From Candidatus Oxydemutatoraceae bacterium (GTDB taxonomy: Bacteria; Pseudomonadota; Gammaproteobacteria; Poriferisulfidales; Oxydemutatoraceae), in NCBI GenBank assembly GCA_965219575.1, contig OZ244779.1, positions 1,484,769 through 1,548,768 of the forward strand: a DNA stretch of 64,000 bases, read 5' to 3'. A program made the translations under genes and the position numbers. How positions within the stretch are numbered: the stretch's first letter is position 1; every line of letters starts with the position of its first letter. This document shows positions 10,073-21,804 of this stretch, one piece after another. Below the pieces are notes generated by a model that was given only the letters and a program-made list of their open reading frames with translations, did no database searches and had not been told where the DNA came from.

Positions 10073-11943
10073 CAATGGATAAAATACTAGAGCGATTACT
10101 TCAATTACCCAGAATTTTCAAGAAAATTATTCTAGCCACCTCGGATATCGTAATCAGCTTATTTGCCTTAGAGATTGCATTTTTAATGCGGCTGGAAGAG
10201 TGGGTTAGGGTGGACGGCAAATGGTTCCCGTTATTCGTGCTAACGCCTTTGCTCACACTGCTTGTCTTTTACTTACTCGGCTTATATAGGACGGTTATCA
10301 GGCATGTCTCTTTGGATGCCGTCATTCGCATTATCGCAGCGGTGGGTGCCGTCTCCGTTTTAATCTGGACTATCAATTACTTTTTCCTGAAGGTGCCCGG
10401 ATTGCCGCGCTCTTTGATTGCCATTTTCGGTTTGGTACTCTTGAGTTTGGTACTCGGTAGTCGTATCGCAATGTATTTAATTTCGTTTTGGGAACTAAAA
10501 GAAAGAAAAAGAAAGATACCGGTTGCTATCTACGGCGCCAACAAAATCGGTATACAACTTGCCACTTTATGGAAAGGTATAGACTCCGATTATCGACCGT
10601 TGTTTTTCATAGACGAGCGCGCGGAAAAGCAATCTCAAGAGGTGGGTGGATTGCGTATCTATCCGTTGCAATCGTTGGCAAAACAACTGACTAAATATCG
10701 CGTCAAAGATATTTTTGTAGCCTGGTCTCCCGACACACTCGACGAGCGCATAGCAATACTCGATAAACTCAGTTCGTATCCGGTCAAAGTTAAAATATTG
10801 CCGGCTGCACCGAAACCCGGATTTAGAGCGCAAGATCTTAAACCGATGAAAATAGAGGATTTAATGGAACGCAATAGAGTGCCGCCTATTCAAACGCTAT
10901 TGGAACGAGATATAAAGGCCAATAATGTATTGGTCACCGGTGCCGGAGGCTCTATCGGGAGCCGGTTGTGCGAGCAAATCATACGCTTGCATCCCGATAA
11001 GCTATTCGTCGTGGAGCAGTCGGAATACGCATTATTTCGTCTGCTAAACCGTCTGAAGAATATAAAGCCGGCGATCCAAACAGAGATAGTATCTTTTTTG
11101 GAATCGGCAAGCAACCGCCACTTCGTAGACAAATTATTAGCGCAAAACCACATCGATGTAATCTATCATGTCGCAGCTTATAAGCACGTACCGTTGGTAG
11201 AGGAGAACATGATCAGCGGTATTGCCAACAATGTTTTGAGTACCCAAATCATTGCCGAATCGGCACTACGGCATAAAGCGGGTTGCTTGGTATTGATTTC
11301 TACCGACAAAGCCGTGCAACCGGTGAGTATTATGGGCGCGAGCAAACGGTTGGCGGAAATGATAATACAATCGTTGGCTTCGCACGATAATAAAACGCGC
11401 CTGTGTGCGGTACGTTTCGGCAATGTGATGGGGAGTTCGGGGTCGGTGATACCGCTATTTCAAGAACAAATCAATAAACGCGAAGCGATTCATGTAACCG
11501 ACCCCGACGCAGAACGTTATTTTATGACGATAGAGGAGGCAGCGCAGTTGATCATCCAAGCCGGTGCTATGGGCAGCAAAGGAGAGATATTTTTATTGGA
11601 CATGGGAGAAGCTATTAATATACTGGAGATGGCTAAGAAGATGGTGCATCTGAGCGGTCTGGAGATCAAAGAAAACGGACAAGGCGATATTGAGATTATC
11701 TATACCGGTTTGCGCCCCGGAGAAAAACTGAAAGAGCAACTGTATAGTAGCTCGGATATTCGCGCAACCGAGCATCCTAAAATAAAGCAAACTACCGAAG
11801 CTGTCGAAGATTGGGAGCAATTATCGCTTGCATTGTCGAATTTATACCTATATATCGAACAAAGAGATGCAAATAAAATTGAGAAATTAATCGCAGACAT
11901 GGTACCATCTTATAAGCCCAACACGACACGGAGAAACGAATGA
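10069..11943 (+). CDS. UDP-GlcNAc 4,6-dehydratase (WbpM/PglF/CapD family)
   Basis: Four N-terminal TMs, [34 protein letters not shown] and GLRPGEKL. Confidence 0.94.
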   Translation: MTMDKILERLLQLPRIFKKIILATSDIVISLFALEIAFLMRLEEWVRVDGKWFPLFVLTPLLTLLVFYLLGLYRTVIRHVSLDAVIRIIAAVGAVSVLIWTINYFFLKVPGLPRSLIAIFGLVLLSLVLGSRIAMYLISFWELKERKRKIPVAIYGANKIGIQLATLWKGIDSDYRPLFFIDERAEKQSQEVGGLRIYPLQSLAKQLTKYRVKDIFVAWSPDTLDERIAILDKLSSYPVKVKILPAAPKPGFRAQDLKPMKIEDLMERNRVPPIQTLLERDIKANNVLVTGAGGSIGSRLCEQIIRLHPDKLFVVEQSEYALFRLLNRLKNIKPAIQTEIVSFLESASNRHFVDKLLAQNHIDVIYHVAAYKHVPLVEENMISGIANNVLSTQIIAESALRHKAGCLVLISTDKAVQPVSIMGASKRLAEMIIQSLASHDNKTRLCAVRFGNVMGSSGSVIPLFQEQINKREAIHVTDPDAERYFMTIEEAAQLIIQAGAMGSKGEIFLLDMGEAINILEMAKKMVHLSGLEIKENGQGDIEIIYTGLRPGEKLKEQLYSSSDIRATEHPKIKQTTEAVEDWEQLSLALSNLYLYIEQRDANKIEKLIADMVPSYKPNTTRRNE

Positions 11944-13265
11944 CTAAGCAAAAAGTATATGTCAAGACGCACGGTTGCCAGATGAACGAATACGATTCGG
12001 CAAAAATTTACGATTTGCTACATCATTCGGATGGGTTTTGCAAAGCCGAAACCGGGGAAGAGGCCGATATACTATTGCTGAACACCTGTTCGGTACGAGA
12101 AAAAGCACAAGAGAAAGTGTTTTCGGAGCTAGGTCGCTGGCGAGCTATCAAAGAAGCCAAGCCGAATGTGTTGATCGGTGTCGGAGGCTGTGTTGCAAGC
12201 CAAGAAGGAGAACATCTAGCGCGTCGCGCCCCGCAAGTCGATATCGTCTTCGGTCCTCAAACAATCCATCGTTTACCGGATTTAATCGAGCGAGCGAGAC
12301 GCAGCACAATACCGATAATCGATATCGCTTTTCCCGAGATAGAGAAATTCGACAACTTGGTCAAACCGCATGTCGACGGACCCGGTGCTTTTGTTTCTAT
12401 CATGGAAGGGTGCGACAAGTATTGCAGTTTTTGTGTGGTGCCTTATACCCGAGGCAAAGAAATCAGTCGCCCGCTCGACGGCATACTGGATGAAATCAAG
12501 CTGTTGACCGAGCAGGGTGTACGCGAGATTACCCTGCTCGGACAAAATGTCAACGGTTATTATCGAGAGGAGCGGAAAGGCACGGTTGACTTTGCGTTAT
12601 TGTTATATTACATCGCAGCACTCGGCACGGTAGAGAGAATAAGATATACCACTTCGCACCCTATAGAATTTAACGACGGATTGGTACAAGCACACGCCGA
12701 TATTCCTCAGCTGATGCCGCATTGCCATCTGCCGGTACAAAGCGGTTCGGATCGTATTTTGGCGGCAATGAAACGCGGCTATACGGTATTGGAATACAAA
12801 AACATTATTCGCAAACTCAAAAATGCATGTCCGAATATTTCCATAACTTCCGATTTTATCGTGGGTTTTCCGGGTGAGGAAGAAAAAGACTTTGAAAAAA
12901 CTATGGAATTGATAGAATATGTCGTCTATGACCAGTCATTTAGTTTTTTATATAGTATGCGCCCCGGCACGCCGGCCGCCTATCTACAAGACACGGTGTC
13001 CGTAGAAGTCAAAAAAGCACGCCTGAAAAAATTGCAAGCGCGTATCGATGAAATGGCTCGTGGATTTTCCGAAGCGATGGTAGGCACTATTCAAAAAGTT
13101 TTAGTAAGCGGTTATTCCAAAAAAAGTAAAACGCAACTCTGTGGTCGTACCGAGAATAATCGTGTCGTCAACTTCGACGGCGATGCCGGCCTGATAGGAA
13201 AAATTCATCGTGTCGAGATTACTCAAGCGATGTCTAATTCGCTTCGCGGTACATTACTAACATAG
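11940..13265 (+). CDS. miaB: tRNA-2-methylthio-N6-dimethylallyladenosine synthase
   Basis: [18 protein letters not shown], radical [11 protein letters not shown] and a TRAM domain. Confidence 0.98.
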   Translation: MTKQKVYVKTHGCQMNEYDSAKIYDLLHHSDGFCKAETGEEADILLLNTCSVREKAQEKVFSELGRWRAIKEAKPNVLIGVGGCVASQEGEHLARRAPQVDIVFGPQTIHRLPDLIERARRSTIPIIDIAFPEIEKFDNLVKPHVDGPGAFVSIMEGCDKYCSFCVVPYTRGKEISRPLDGILDEIKLLTEQGVREITLLGQNVNGYYREERKGTVDFALLLYYIAALGTVERIRYTTSHPIEFNDGLVQAHADIPQLMPHCHLPVQSGSDRILAAMKRGYTVLEYKNIIRKLKNACPNISITSDFIVGFPGEEEKDFEKTMELIEYVVYDQSFSFLYSMRPGTPAAYLQDTVSVEVKKARLKKLQARIDEMARGFSEAMVGTIQKVLVSGYSKKSKTQLCGRTENNRVVNFDGDAGLIGKIHRVEITQAMSNSLRGTLLT

Positions 13266-13282
13266 GGAGATTGTAAAAGCCT

Positions 13283-14248
13283 TTGGACGCTCAACCGGGT
13301 AATGCAGAGCTCGTTATACTAGAGCCTGCGAACCTATCAAAAATTGCCAGCCTCTGTGGCCCTTTGAACGAGCATATTCAGCAACTCGAACGACACTGCG
13401 GAGTACGCATCAGTCATCACGGTAACGAGTTTGCCATTCGCGGCAAACGAGCCTCCAGGCAAGTCGTAGCGCATCTGCTAAAACAGCTCTATCGTAAAGC
13501 CGATAAAGAATTGACGATAAACGATATTTTTATCAGCCTCCAGAAAAGCTCCATAGCGGAAATCGAGCATGATTCCGAGGCGAATCTCGTTGAAATTAAA
13601 ACCAAGCAAAAGAAAATAAGGGCGCAAGGAGATCATCAACGTATGTATATACGGAACATGAATCGGAACGACTTGAATTTGGTCTTCGGTCCGGCCGGCA
13701 CCGGTAAGACCTACTTAGCCGTTGCCAAGGCGGTAGAGACTTTAGACTCCGGTGTCGTCGATAAATTGATTTTAGTGAGACCGGTAGTGGAGGCAGGAGA
13801 GAATTTAGGCTTTTTACCGGGAGATTTATCGCAAAAAATAGACCCTTACTTGCGACCGGTGTACGATGCATTACACGAGTTTTTAGGGACGAGCAAAGTG
13901 AACCGCTTGATAGAGGACGGTACCATAGAAATTGCACCGCTTGCTTATATGCGCGGACGCTCGCTGACCAATGCGTTTATTATTTTAGACGAAGCTCAAA
14001 ACACGACGGTTGAACAAATGAAAATGTTTTTGACGCGTATCAGTTTCGGATCCAAAGGTGTAGTCGCCGGCGATATCACGCAGATAGATTTACCCAAAAC
14101 ACAAAAATCGGGGTTTGTGCATGCTTTGCCGTTATTAAAAAATATACCGGGCATTGCAATCAATAGCTTGGAAGCCGACGACATCGTGCGCCATCCACTG
14201 GTGCGTAAGATAATCGAAGCATACAAGGAGCAAGACGCACAAAGATGA
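13283..14248 (+). CDS. ybeZ: PhoH-family ATPase
   Basis: GPAGTGKT, RPVVEAGENLGFLPG, APLAYMRGR and DEAQN; miaB-ybeZ-ybeY synteny. Confidence 0.95.
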   Translation: MDAQPGNAELVILEPANLSKIASLCGPLNEHIQQLERHCGVRISHHGNEFAIRGKRASRQVVAHLLKQLYRKADKELTINDIFISLQKSSIAEIEHDSEANLVEIKTKQKKIRAQGDHQRMYIRNMNRNDLNLVFGPAGTGKTYLAVAKAVETLDSGVVDKLILVRPVVEAGENLGFLPGDLSQKIDPYLRPVYDALHEFLGTSKVNRLIEDGTIEIAPLAYMRGRSLTNAFIILDEAQNTTVEQMKMFLTRISFGSKGVVAGDITQIDLPKTQKSGFVHALPLLKNIPGIAINSLEADDIVRHPLVRKIIEAYKEQDAQR

Positions 14249-14715
14249 TGCCTCGTGTAAGTATCCAAATTGAATCGGAGAGTTGCGACTCATCCGAAGT
14301 TCCCGATAACAAAAACTTCGGACATTGGGCGGCAGCAACTATCGAGCCGTCCGCCGAAGTCGGGGTACGCATCGTCGGTAGTGCGGAAGGGAGACGCTAC
14401 AACCGACGATATCGTCATAAAGATTATGCGACGAATGTATTATCGTTTCCGTTCGAGACACATGTTTTCGAGGAACAAAATTATTTGGGGGATGTATTGA
14501 TGACTGCATCGGTTATCGTGCAAGAAGCACGAGCGCAGAATAAACCGCTACTCTCGCACTGGGCACATCTATTCATACACGCACTTTTGCATTTGCAAGG
14601 CTATCGGCACGATAGCGATACAGAAGCTCGTGCGATGGAAGCACAAGAAAGCAAGATTATGGCGACTTTGGGTTTTCCCGACCCTTGGTCGTGCGACTCT
14701 AATGAACCTAAATAG
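14245..14715 (+). CDS. ybeY: rRNA maturation endoribonuclease
   Basis: TNVLSFP and HLFIHALLHLQGYRH metal motif. Confidence 0.96.
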   Translation: MMPRVSIQIESESCDSSEVPDNKNFGHWAAATIEPSAEVGVRIVGSAEGRRYNRRYRHKDYATNVLSFPFETHVFEEQNYLGDVLMTASVIVQEARAQNKPLLSHWAHLFIHALLHLQGYRHDSDTEARAMEAQESKIMATLGFPDPWSCDSNEPK

Positions 14716-14724
14716 GAGAACCGT

Positions 14725-15537
14725 ATGAACAACATAGAACCGTATATTACATTGTTCAAAAATTTGTTGGCTAAAAAGTCCACGGATTTGTCCGTTGCGA
14801 TAGAAGCACTAAAACAAGCCGACGAACAAAATTTATTGAACGCCAATACGCTGTCGATGATAAAGGGGATATTCGATGTCGGTGAGATGCATGTACGAGA
14901 GGTCATGGTGCCTAGATCGAAGATGATATGCATCTCCTATAAATCGGACTTGGAAGATATTATGAATACCGTGATCGGTAGCGGACATTCGCGATTCCCG
15001 GTCAGCAACGACGATTTGGACGATATCAGAGGCATTCTGCTTGCCAAGGATTTATTGCCGATATTAAAAGATCGGCAAGACAAGCTAAACCTCGACGATA
15101 TTATCAGGCAGCCGGTAATCATACCGGACAGTAAACGCTTGAATGTCCTACTGGCGGAGTTTCGAAAGAGCCGTCACCACATGGCAATCGTGGTCGACGA
15201 ATACGGCGGAGTTTGTGGTTTGGTGACCATAGAAGATGTGCTGGAGCAGATTGTCGGCGATATCAGCGACGAACACGATGCACAACACGAGCACTATATA
15301 TACAACCACGGCGATCAGAGTTATTCGGTGAAGGCATTTACGCCCATAGACTATTTCAATCGCTACTTCACGGTCAAAGTCCGCACCAAAGAGACGACGA
15401 TAGGCGGCATGGTGATGGAACGATTAGGGCATATCCCTAATCGAGACGAGAGCTTGGAGATAGAAGGGCTGTTGCTCAAAGTAAGCAAAGCAAATACACG
15501 CACGGTTGAGTTATTGGATGTTAAGCGAATCAGTTGA
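14725..15537 (+). CDS. corC: CBS-domain Mg/Co homeostasis protein CorC
   Basis: [15 protein letters not shown] and [24 protein letters not shown]; synteny. Confidence 0.93.
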   Translation: MNNIEPYITLFKNLLAKKSTDLSVAIEALKQADEQNLLNANTLSMIKGIFDVGEMHVREVMVPRSKMICISYKSDLEDIMNTVIGSGHSRFPVSNDDLDDIRGILLAKDLLPILKDRQDKLNLDDIIRQPVIIPDSKRLNVLLAEFRKSRHHMAIVVDEYGGVCGLVTIEDVLEQIVGDISDEHDAQHEHYIYNHGDQSYSVKAFTPIDYFNRYFTVKVRTKETTIGGMVMERLGHIPNRDESLEIEGLLLKVSKANTRTVELLDVKRIS

Positions 15538-15540
15538 ATC

Positions 15541-15616
15541 ACCGATTGAGCCGGTGGGTCAATCGGCAATTTTGATGTCCGCCCCTACGGTTTATGGATA
15601 CTTTTTCAATAGCCCT
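15541..15616 (-). mobile_element. Left half of REP-containing MITE (copy C)
   Basis: Minus strand reads AGGGCTATTGAAAAAGTATCCATAAACCGTAGGGGCGGACATCAAAATTGCCGATTGACCCACCGGCTCAATCGG, which matches the first ~75 nt of the copy at 51153. Confidence 0.85.
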
Positions 15617-15628
15617 ATAAAATCATAA

Positions 15629-17131
15629 TTGCAGAAACCCGCTATGTTGCGTTTGGGCATCTTAAATATCGGCGCGGGCGGGTTAATCCTTTTAGCATTT
15701 GCCCCGTGGTCATGGTATCCGGCTGCTATTTTGGCACTCGCCTCGGTATTGCCGGGTTGGCTGAACAACACCCCTAAACAAACATTCAAACTCGGGTATT
15801 TGTTCGGCTTTACCTATTCCTTGGGAAGCAGTTATTGGATTTATTACAGTTTTCACGATTACGGACAGGCTCCGGTGTTTCTTGCCGTATTATCGGCAGT
15901 TTTGCTCGCTGCTATTCTATCGTTATTTTTTGCCTTGGTCGCAAGCCTGATGTCGTATTATCGCCGCTATCACGGAATGTGCATTTATTTACTGATATTT
16001 CCGGCGTTATGGGTCGCAATGGAGTGGGGACGAAGTGCATTGTTTGTCGGGTTTCCGTGGAATTTATTGGGACAAGCCCTCGTAGACTCACCGTGGCGCG
16101 GTGTTTTGCCGATATTCGGTATCTTAGGTGGCAGTGTATTGGTGGCAATTTGTGCGGGAAGCGTCGTTTATTTTTTCAAACTAAAAGGTCGCAGTAAAAT
16201 AATTTTAGCTTCGTTTCTGGTCGTGTTTTTATCGGCAACGGCGACACTGCAAACTATAGAATGGACACAAGCGACCACAGATAGCTTGAAGACATCGGTA
16301 ATACAAGCGAATATCCCTCAAAAATTAAAGTTTGATAGACCCTATTTTGAAAAGTTGATGAACCGATACTTGAGTTTAAGCGCGCGGCAAATGAACAGCG
16401 ATTTAATTTTATGGCCGGAGACGGCAATTCCGGTTTATGCCGATATGCTCGATAAACAAATCCTATCTTTGCGCGAACAATTCGATAAAAATAACACCGT
16501 CTTAGTGACGGGTATTTTTTACCGAGATAAGGAACAAGCGAAGCGTTATAATAGCCTGATGAATATCAACAGCAACCGCTTTTATCACAAACAAAGATTA
16601 GTGCCTTTCGGTGAATACATCCCGATGCGAACACTTTTTGAAGTGTTTTCAAAATGGATTATAATTCCGATGTCGGATTTGCATTCGGCAAATATGACAC
16701 CGATTCTGAATGTATCGGGTTATACCGCAGGCGTTTCTATTTGTTACGAGGTCGCCTTCGCAGACGATGTTGCCGATAGTTTGCCGATGGCCGATTTTCT
16801 TATCAATGTCAGCAACGATTCGTGGTTCGGCGATTCATCGGCACCGCATCAGATGTTGCAAATGGCGCGTGTACGCGCAGCCGAAAACGAGCGATTTATG
16901 GTACGGGCGACCAATACCGGTATATCCGCAATAATAGACCCTCGCGGGCGCATTATCGAATACAGTGAATTATTCGAAGTAGGAACGATTAGCTACGATA
17001 TTACGATGAGAACGGGGCTTACCCCGTATGCGCAATGGCGCAACATTCCGATACTGATTTTTATTACGACATCGTTGCTCGTCGCTTACTTTTTTAATTT
17101 ATATACGAATAGAACCAGGGGGAAACTATAA
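15629..17131 (+). CDS. lnt: Apolipoprotein N-acyltransferase
   Basis: GFPW, WPET, KQRLVPFGEYIP, ICYE, SNDSWFG and RATNTGIS. The true start may be the ATG at 15644. Confidence 0.96.
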   Translation: MQKPAMLRLGILNIGAGGLILLAFAPWSWYPAAILALASVLPGWLNNTPKQTFKLGYLFGFTYSLGSSYWIYYSFHDYGQAPVFLAVLSAVLLAAILSLFFALVASLMSYYRRYHGMCIYLLIFPALWVAMEWGRSALFVGFPWNLLGQALVDSPWRGVLPIFGILGGSVLVAICAGSVVYFFKLKGRSKIILASFLVVFLSATATLQTIEWTQATTDSLKTSVIQANIPQKLKFDRPYFEKLMNRYLSLSARQMNSDLILWPETAIPVYADMLDKQILSLREQFDKNNTVLVTGIFYRDKEQAKRYNSLMNINSNRFYHKQRLVPFGEYIPMRTLFEVFSKWIIIPMSDLHSANMTPILNVSGYTAGVSICYEVAFADDVADSLPMADFLINVSNDSWFGDSSAPHQMLQMARVRAAENERFMVRATNTGISAIIDPRGRIIEYSELFEVGTISYDITMRTGLTPYAQWRNIPILIFITTSLLVAYFFNLYTNRTRGKL

Positions 17132-17133
17132 CA

Positions 17134-18603
17134 ATGAGTACGAAATGTATACCGATTATCTTAAGCGGTGGCTCCGGCACCCGCCTGTGGCCACTGTCTC
17201 GACATCATTATCCGAAACAATTTATACCTTTATTCGATAACAAAAGCCTATTTTCTCGTACGGTTGAGCGAGTTATACCTTTGGATCCCGAGCATGTCGT
17301 TGTAGTCTGCAATGAAAAACATCGTTTTATGGCTTTAGAAAACCTGCATGTGGCAGGAATAAAAAATTGTACCGTCATTGCCGAACCCGCATCGCATAAC
17401 ACTGCACCGGCAATTGCACTGGCAGCTTTTTGGTTACGCGCCCGCTTTCCGGATAGTGCTATGCTGGTACTACCTTCGGATCATTATATGGAAGAGGACG
17501 GTTTTAGCGATTATATCGATGACGAATTAATCGCTGCGACGGCAAATGATTTTATAACTTTCGGTATCAAACCTACGCGACCCGAGACCGGTTATGGCTA
17601 TATAGAAGTAGCAAACGGAACAGTACGAACGGACAATAAAGACAGGCAAGTAAATAGCCGGCTTGCTCGAGTCCTTAAATTCGTAGAAAAACCGAAGCTG
17701 GAAGATGCCGAAAGATATATCAAAAACGTATCGTATTACTGGAATAGCGGAATTTTTCTCATCAAAACCGGTCATTATTTATCGGCTCTGCAAGCTCATC
17801 GAGCGGATATTTATAAAGCCAGCGATGAAGCGTTATCCGAAGGTAAACAAGCAGTTATCGACGATTATTATGTTGTCAATCCCCATCCCGAGAGTTTCTC
17901 TCGAAACCCCGATATATCGATAGATTATGCCGTCATGGAGCGAGTTGATAATATCCGCCTATGTCCTTTGAGTATCTACTGGTCGGATTTAGGCACTTGG
18001 CAGGCATTTTCCGAAATTCAAGGCACCGACGGCAATAACAATGTCTTAAGCGGCAAAGGTGATACCGTTGTTGAAGATTCTAGAGATAATATCGTTTATG
18101 CCGGCAACAGACTCGTTGCATGCTTGGGGATAAAGAACCAGTTAATCGCAGAAACAAAAGATGCCATACTCGTCGCCGATCGTTCGCGCGGGCAAGAAAT
18201 AAAACAACTGGTCGACAAACTAAGAGCCGATGAATATAGCGAGAGCGATTTACACGCGAAAGTATATCGTCCATGGGGATCTTACGAGTCGGTAGATCAA
18301 GGAACGAATTTCCAAGTCAAGCGAATCATCGTCAAACCGGGGCATAAATTATCGCTACAAAGTCATCGATACCGAGCCGAGCATTGGGTAATCGTCGAAG
18401 GAAAAGCTAAAGTGACCCTAAACGACGAAGTGCTCGATTTAGAAGTCAACCAATCGGTCTATATTCCGATCGGTGCAAAACATCGATTGGAGAACGAAAG
18501 CGCGACCGAGTCTCTGCATTTGATAGAAGTTCAGTGTGGTGGTTATTTGGGGGAGGACGATATCACACGCTACGAGGATAGCTACGGGCGCATCGATGAG
18601 TGA
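17134..18603 (+). CDS. manC: Mannose-1-phosphate guanylyltransferase / mannose-6-phosphate isomerase
   Basis: GGSGTRLWPLSR, PETGYGYI, FVEKP, SIDYAVME and C-terminal cupin RPWG...SLQSH. Confidence 0.96.
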   Translation: MSTKCIPIILSGGSGTRLWPLSRHHYPKQFIPLFDNKSLFSRTVERVIPLDPEHVVVVCNEKHRFMALENLHVAGIKNCTVIAEPASHNTAPAIALAAFWLRARFPDSAMLVLPSDHYMEEDGFSDYIDDELIAATANDFITFGIKPTRPETGYGYIEVANGTVRTDNKDRQVNSRLARVLKFVEKPKLEDAERYIKNVSYYWNSGIFLIKTGHYLSALQAHRADIYKASDEALSEGKQAVIDDYYVVNPHPESFSRNPDISIDYAVMERVDNIRLCPLSIYWSDLGTWQAFSEIQGTDGNNNVLSGKGDTVVEDSRDNIVYAGNRLVACLGIKNQLIAETKDAILVADRSRGQEIKQLVDKLRADEYSESDLHAKVYRPWGSYESVDQGTNFQVKRIIVKPGHKLSLQSHRYRAEHWVIVEGKAKVTLNDEVLDLEVNQSVYIPIGAKHRLENESATESLHLIEVQCGGYLGEDDITRYEDSYGRIDE

Positions 18604-21151
18604 CATAAAACCTTACGATGCCGATAAATTAGAAAGTGAAGCTCAGGAATTTTGGCATGAAAATAACTGCTTCAATGTAGCAGCGGACCCTAAACGAGAA
18701 AAATTTTACTGTTTGGCAATGTTTCCGTATCCGAGCGGACGCTTGCATATGGGGCATATCAGAAATTACACCATCGCCGATGCAATCAGTCGCCACCAAC
18801 GCATGCTCGGCAAGAATGTTTTGCAACCTATGGGATGGGATGCATTCGGTCTACCCGCCGAAAACGCTGCTCGACAAAGCGGCACCTCACCGGCCGAATG
18901 GACACACGATAATATCACCCGTATGCGCTCACAATTAAAGCGATTGGGTCTGGCGTACGATTGGAACAGAGAATTGGCAACTTGCGATCCCGGTTATTAC
19001 CGCTGGGAACAATGGTTTTTTACCAAACTTTTGGAAAAAGGAATTGCATATCGCAAAGAGGGTTGGGTGAATTGGGATCCCGTAGATCAAACGGTGCTGG
19101 CCAACGAGCAGGTCGTAGACGGCAAAGGCTGGCGGTCGGGTACTCCGATAGAGCGAAAAAAAATCTCTCAGTGGTATTTAAGAATAGAAGATTATGCCGA
19201 AGAACTATTGGCGGGATTGGATGAATTGGATGGCTGGCCCGAGCAAGTCAAACAAATGCAACGTAATTGGATCGGTCGTTCGCGTGGCATCAATATCCGT
19301 TTTGATCTGAGCGATAACTTCGGACATCTGGATGTCTTTACAACCCGACCCGATACCCTAATGGGGGCAAGCTATCTGGCTATTGCTGCCGAACATCCGC
19401 TTTTGCTACTGGCAACGGCCAATCGTTCCGAGCTCGACGAACTGATTGCCGAATGCAAGCGTAGACCTACGGCGGAGGCAAGTACTATGACTTACGAGAA
19501 AAAAGGTGTCGATACGGGTTTGCGCGCCGATCATCCGATTAGCGGAGAATCTCTCCCGATTTGGTGTGCTAATTTTGTTTTAATGGAATACGGTTCCGGG
19601 GCCATTATGTCGGTACCGGCACACGATCAGCGAGATTGGGAGTTTGCCCAAAAGTATGGATTGCCGATAAAAAAAGTCATCGAAGCTAGCGGCGATGACT
19701 CTACTTCGGAATCGCAATATCGAGCCTTTACCGATTACGGCATCGTATGCAATTCCGGAAAATACGACGGCATGAATTATCGGCAAGCCTTCGAGGCGAT
19801 ATTGAAAGATTTGCAGGCGATGGATAAAGGAGAGGAAACCGTGCAATACCGCTTGAAGGATTGGTGCGTATCGCGACAAAGATATTGGGGAGTACCCATA
19901 CCCGTCGAATATATAAGCGACGAACTCCAAGCGACCGACGGCGAGGAACTACCGGTTTTATTACCGTCGGCAATCTCGGAAGGCGACGACTCGTTGACCG
20001 AGACCGTTAAATACTTCAAAAATGATTTTGCATTAGACCCTGAGGCATCGGCCTCGGAATTACTTCGGGAACAAGCATTCGAGAGTATATTACCGCTATC
20101 TCAAAGACCGGAGTTTTATCGATTGAACAATACCTATAGCAAGCGTGAGACCGATACTTTCGATACTTTCGTAGAATCCAGTTGGTATTATGCTCGTTTT
20201 GCATGTCCCGATTGCGACGATGCAATGCTCACCGAAGAAGCAGCTTACTGGCTACCGGTAGACCAATATGTAGGGGGTATAGAACATGCGATATTGCACT
20301 TGCTTTATGCCCGTTTTTTTCATCGTTTGATGAGAGATCTAGGGTTATTGCAAAACATTTCCGACGACCGTAAAAACGAACCGTTCAAACGCTTATTGAC
20401 GCAAGGTATGGTGCTTAAAGACGGGGTTAAAATGTCCAAATCCAAAGGCAATATCGTAGATCCCGACCGACTGATTGAAAAGTACGGTGCCGATACCGTA
20501 CGTTTATTTATTATGTTTGCCGCACCGCCTACCCAGTCTTTGGAATGGTCCGATTCCGGGGTGGAGGGCGCGCACCGCTTTTTGAAGCGTCTGTGGAAGC
20601 AGATTAATACACACATACAAACCGAGCCGCTCGCGGAAGCCGCCGTCAACGATGCCGAATTGAATAAAATACAACATCTAATCCATAAAACAATCGCTAA
20701 GGTGAGCGACGACTACGATAGACGTCAATCTTTTAATACCGCAATCGCCGCAAACATGGAATTGAGCAATGCACTATCGAAGTTCGACGATCGATCGTCG
20801 CAAGCGTATCGCCTAAAACGCGAAGCATTCGAGGCGATTATCAAAATGTTATCCCCGATTACACCGCATATTATGCATCATTTATGGCAACGCCTAGGGC
20901 ACGACACACCCCTGATAGATTGTCGGTGGCCCGATTATAAAAAGGAATTATTACAGACCGATAGATGCGAAGTGGTAGTACAAATCAACGGTAAATTAAG
21001 AGCAAAATTAAATGTTGCGCGCGACAGCAACGAGGCAACCGTAAAAGCATTGGCACTATCCGACGCTAAAATTAAAAAATATTTGAACGGGATGGCAACA
21101 TCCAAAATTATTTATGTCAAGGATAAGATTATTAACTTTGTTTGCCGCTGA
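18596..21151 (+). CDS. leuS: Leucine--tRNA ligase
   Basis: MFPYPSG.LHMGH, FTTRPDT editing domain and KMSKS. Start moved to the in-frame ATG at 18596. Confidence 0.99.
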   Translation: MSDIKPYDADKLESEAQEFWHENNCFNVAADPKREKFYCLAMFPYPSGRLHMGHIRNYTIADAISRHQRMLGKNVLQPMGWDAFGLPAENAARQSGTSPAEWTHDNITRMRSQLKRLGLAYDWNRELATCDPGYYRWEQWFFTKLLEKGIAYRKEGWVNWDPVDQTVLANEQVVDGKGWRSGTPIERKKISQWYLRIEDYAEELLAGLDELDGWPEQVKQMQRNWIGRSRGINIRFDLSDNFGHLDVFTTRPDTLMGASYLAIAAEHPLLLLATANRSELDELIAECKRRPTAEASTMTYEKKGVDTGLRADHPISGESLPIWCANFVLMEYGSGAIMSVPAHDQRDWEFAQKYGLPIKKVIEASGDDSTSESQYRAFTDYGIVCNSGKYDGMNYRQAFEAILKDLQAMDKGEETVQYRLKDWCVSRQRYWGVPIPVEYISDELQATDGEELPVLLPSAISEGDDSLTETVKYFKNDFALDPEASASELLREQAFESILPLSQRPEFYRLNNTYSKRETDTFDTFVESSWYYARFACPDCDDAMLTEEAAYWLPVDQYVGGIEHAILHLLYARFFHRLMRDLGLLQNISDDRKNEPFKRLLTQGMVLKDGVKMSKSKGNIVDPDRLIEKYGADTVRLFIMFAAPPTQSLEWSDSGVEGAHRFLKRLWKQINTHIQTEPLAEAAVNDAELNKIQHLIHKTIAKVSDDYDRRQSFNTAIAANMELSNALSKFDDRSSQAYRLKREAFEAIIKMLSPITPHIMHHLWQRLGHDTPLIDCRWPDYKKELLQTDRCEVVVQINGKLRAKLNVARDSNEATVKALALSDAKIKKYLNGMATSKIIYVKDKIINFVCR

Positions 21152-21680
21152 CGAATACCGTATTCGCTTTGCCGTAACGGTATTTTCGGTGGCGATTATA
21201 ACTACGCTTATTACGAGTTGCGGTTATCGTTTAAGCGGTAGCGACAACGGAACGCAGTTATTTTCTCCGCTATTAAAAAATATCTCGATAGAAGGCGCAC
21301 CCAGATACGATGCGTTTAGGATGCAACTGAAGCGTGATTTACTCGGATATAGAATGAAAGTCGTAGCCCCCCGATCGGCGACAGCCGGCATCATCATAAG
21401 AAACAAAGAAGTTAAACGGCATGCGATTACCCTAGGCGACGATGCAAAAGTTCGCGAATACCTTGTGATAGCTCGGGTTGATTTTCAAGTCGTTGTCAAT
21501 GCCGATAAATCAAAACAAGAATACGCGATGCAGTCCGTACAATCCGAGACCAGCTATGCTTATTACCCGCAATATGTATCTATTAGTTCAAACGAAAAAA
21601 AGCGGGCTTTGACTTTTATAAATCAAGATCTGAGTTCTAAATTGATTGCCCGACTTCGCGTGCTGACTAAAAACGATTAA
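21114..21680 (+). CDS. lptE: LPS assembly lipoprotein LptE
   Basis: Lipobox ITSC-GYRL, directly after leuS. The exact start is uncertain. Confidence 0.85.
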   Translation: MSRIRLLTLFAADEYRIRFAVTVFSVAIITTLITSCGYRLSGSDNGTQLFSPLLKNISIEGAPRYDAFRMQLKRDLLGYRMKVVAPRSATAGIIIRNKEVKRHAITLGDDAKVREYLVIARVDFQVVVNADKSKQEYAMQSVQSETSYAYYPQYVSISSNEKKRALTFINQDLSSKLIARLRVLTKND

Positions 21681-21705
21681 TGAATCGCAATGTGACCGAT
21701 ATGTT

Positions 21706-21804
21706 GGCACGATTTATACATTCATCCATCCAATTTATGGAAACCATTATTTGTTGGCGCAAGCGGTTACAGTTGCATGCTGACAATACTTTTTCAACAG
21801 CCCT
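21706..21804 (+). mobile_element. Right half of MITE with internal deletion (copy D)
   Basis: GGCACGATTTATACATTCATCCATCCAATTTATGGAAACC...GGCGCAAGCGGTTAC...AATACTTTTTCAACAGCCCT matches the copies at 34240 and 51153. Confidence 0.85.
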
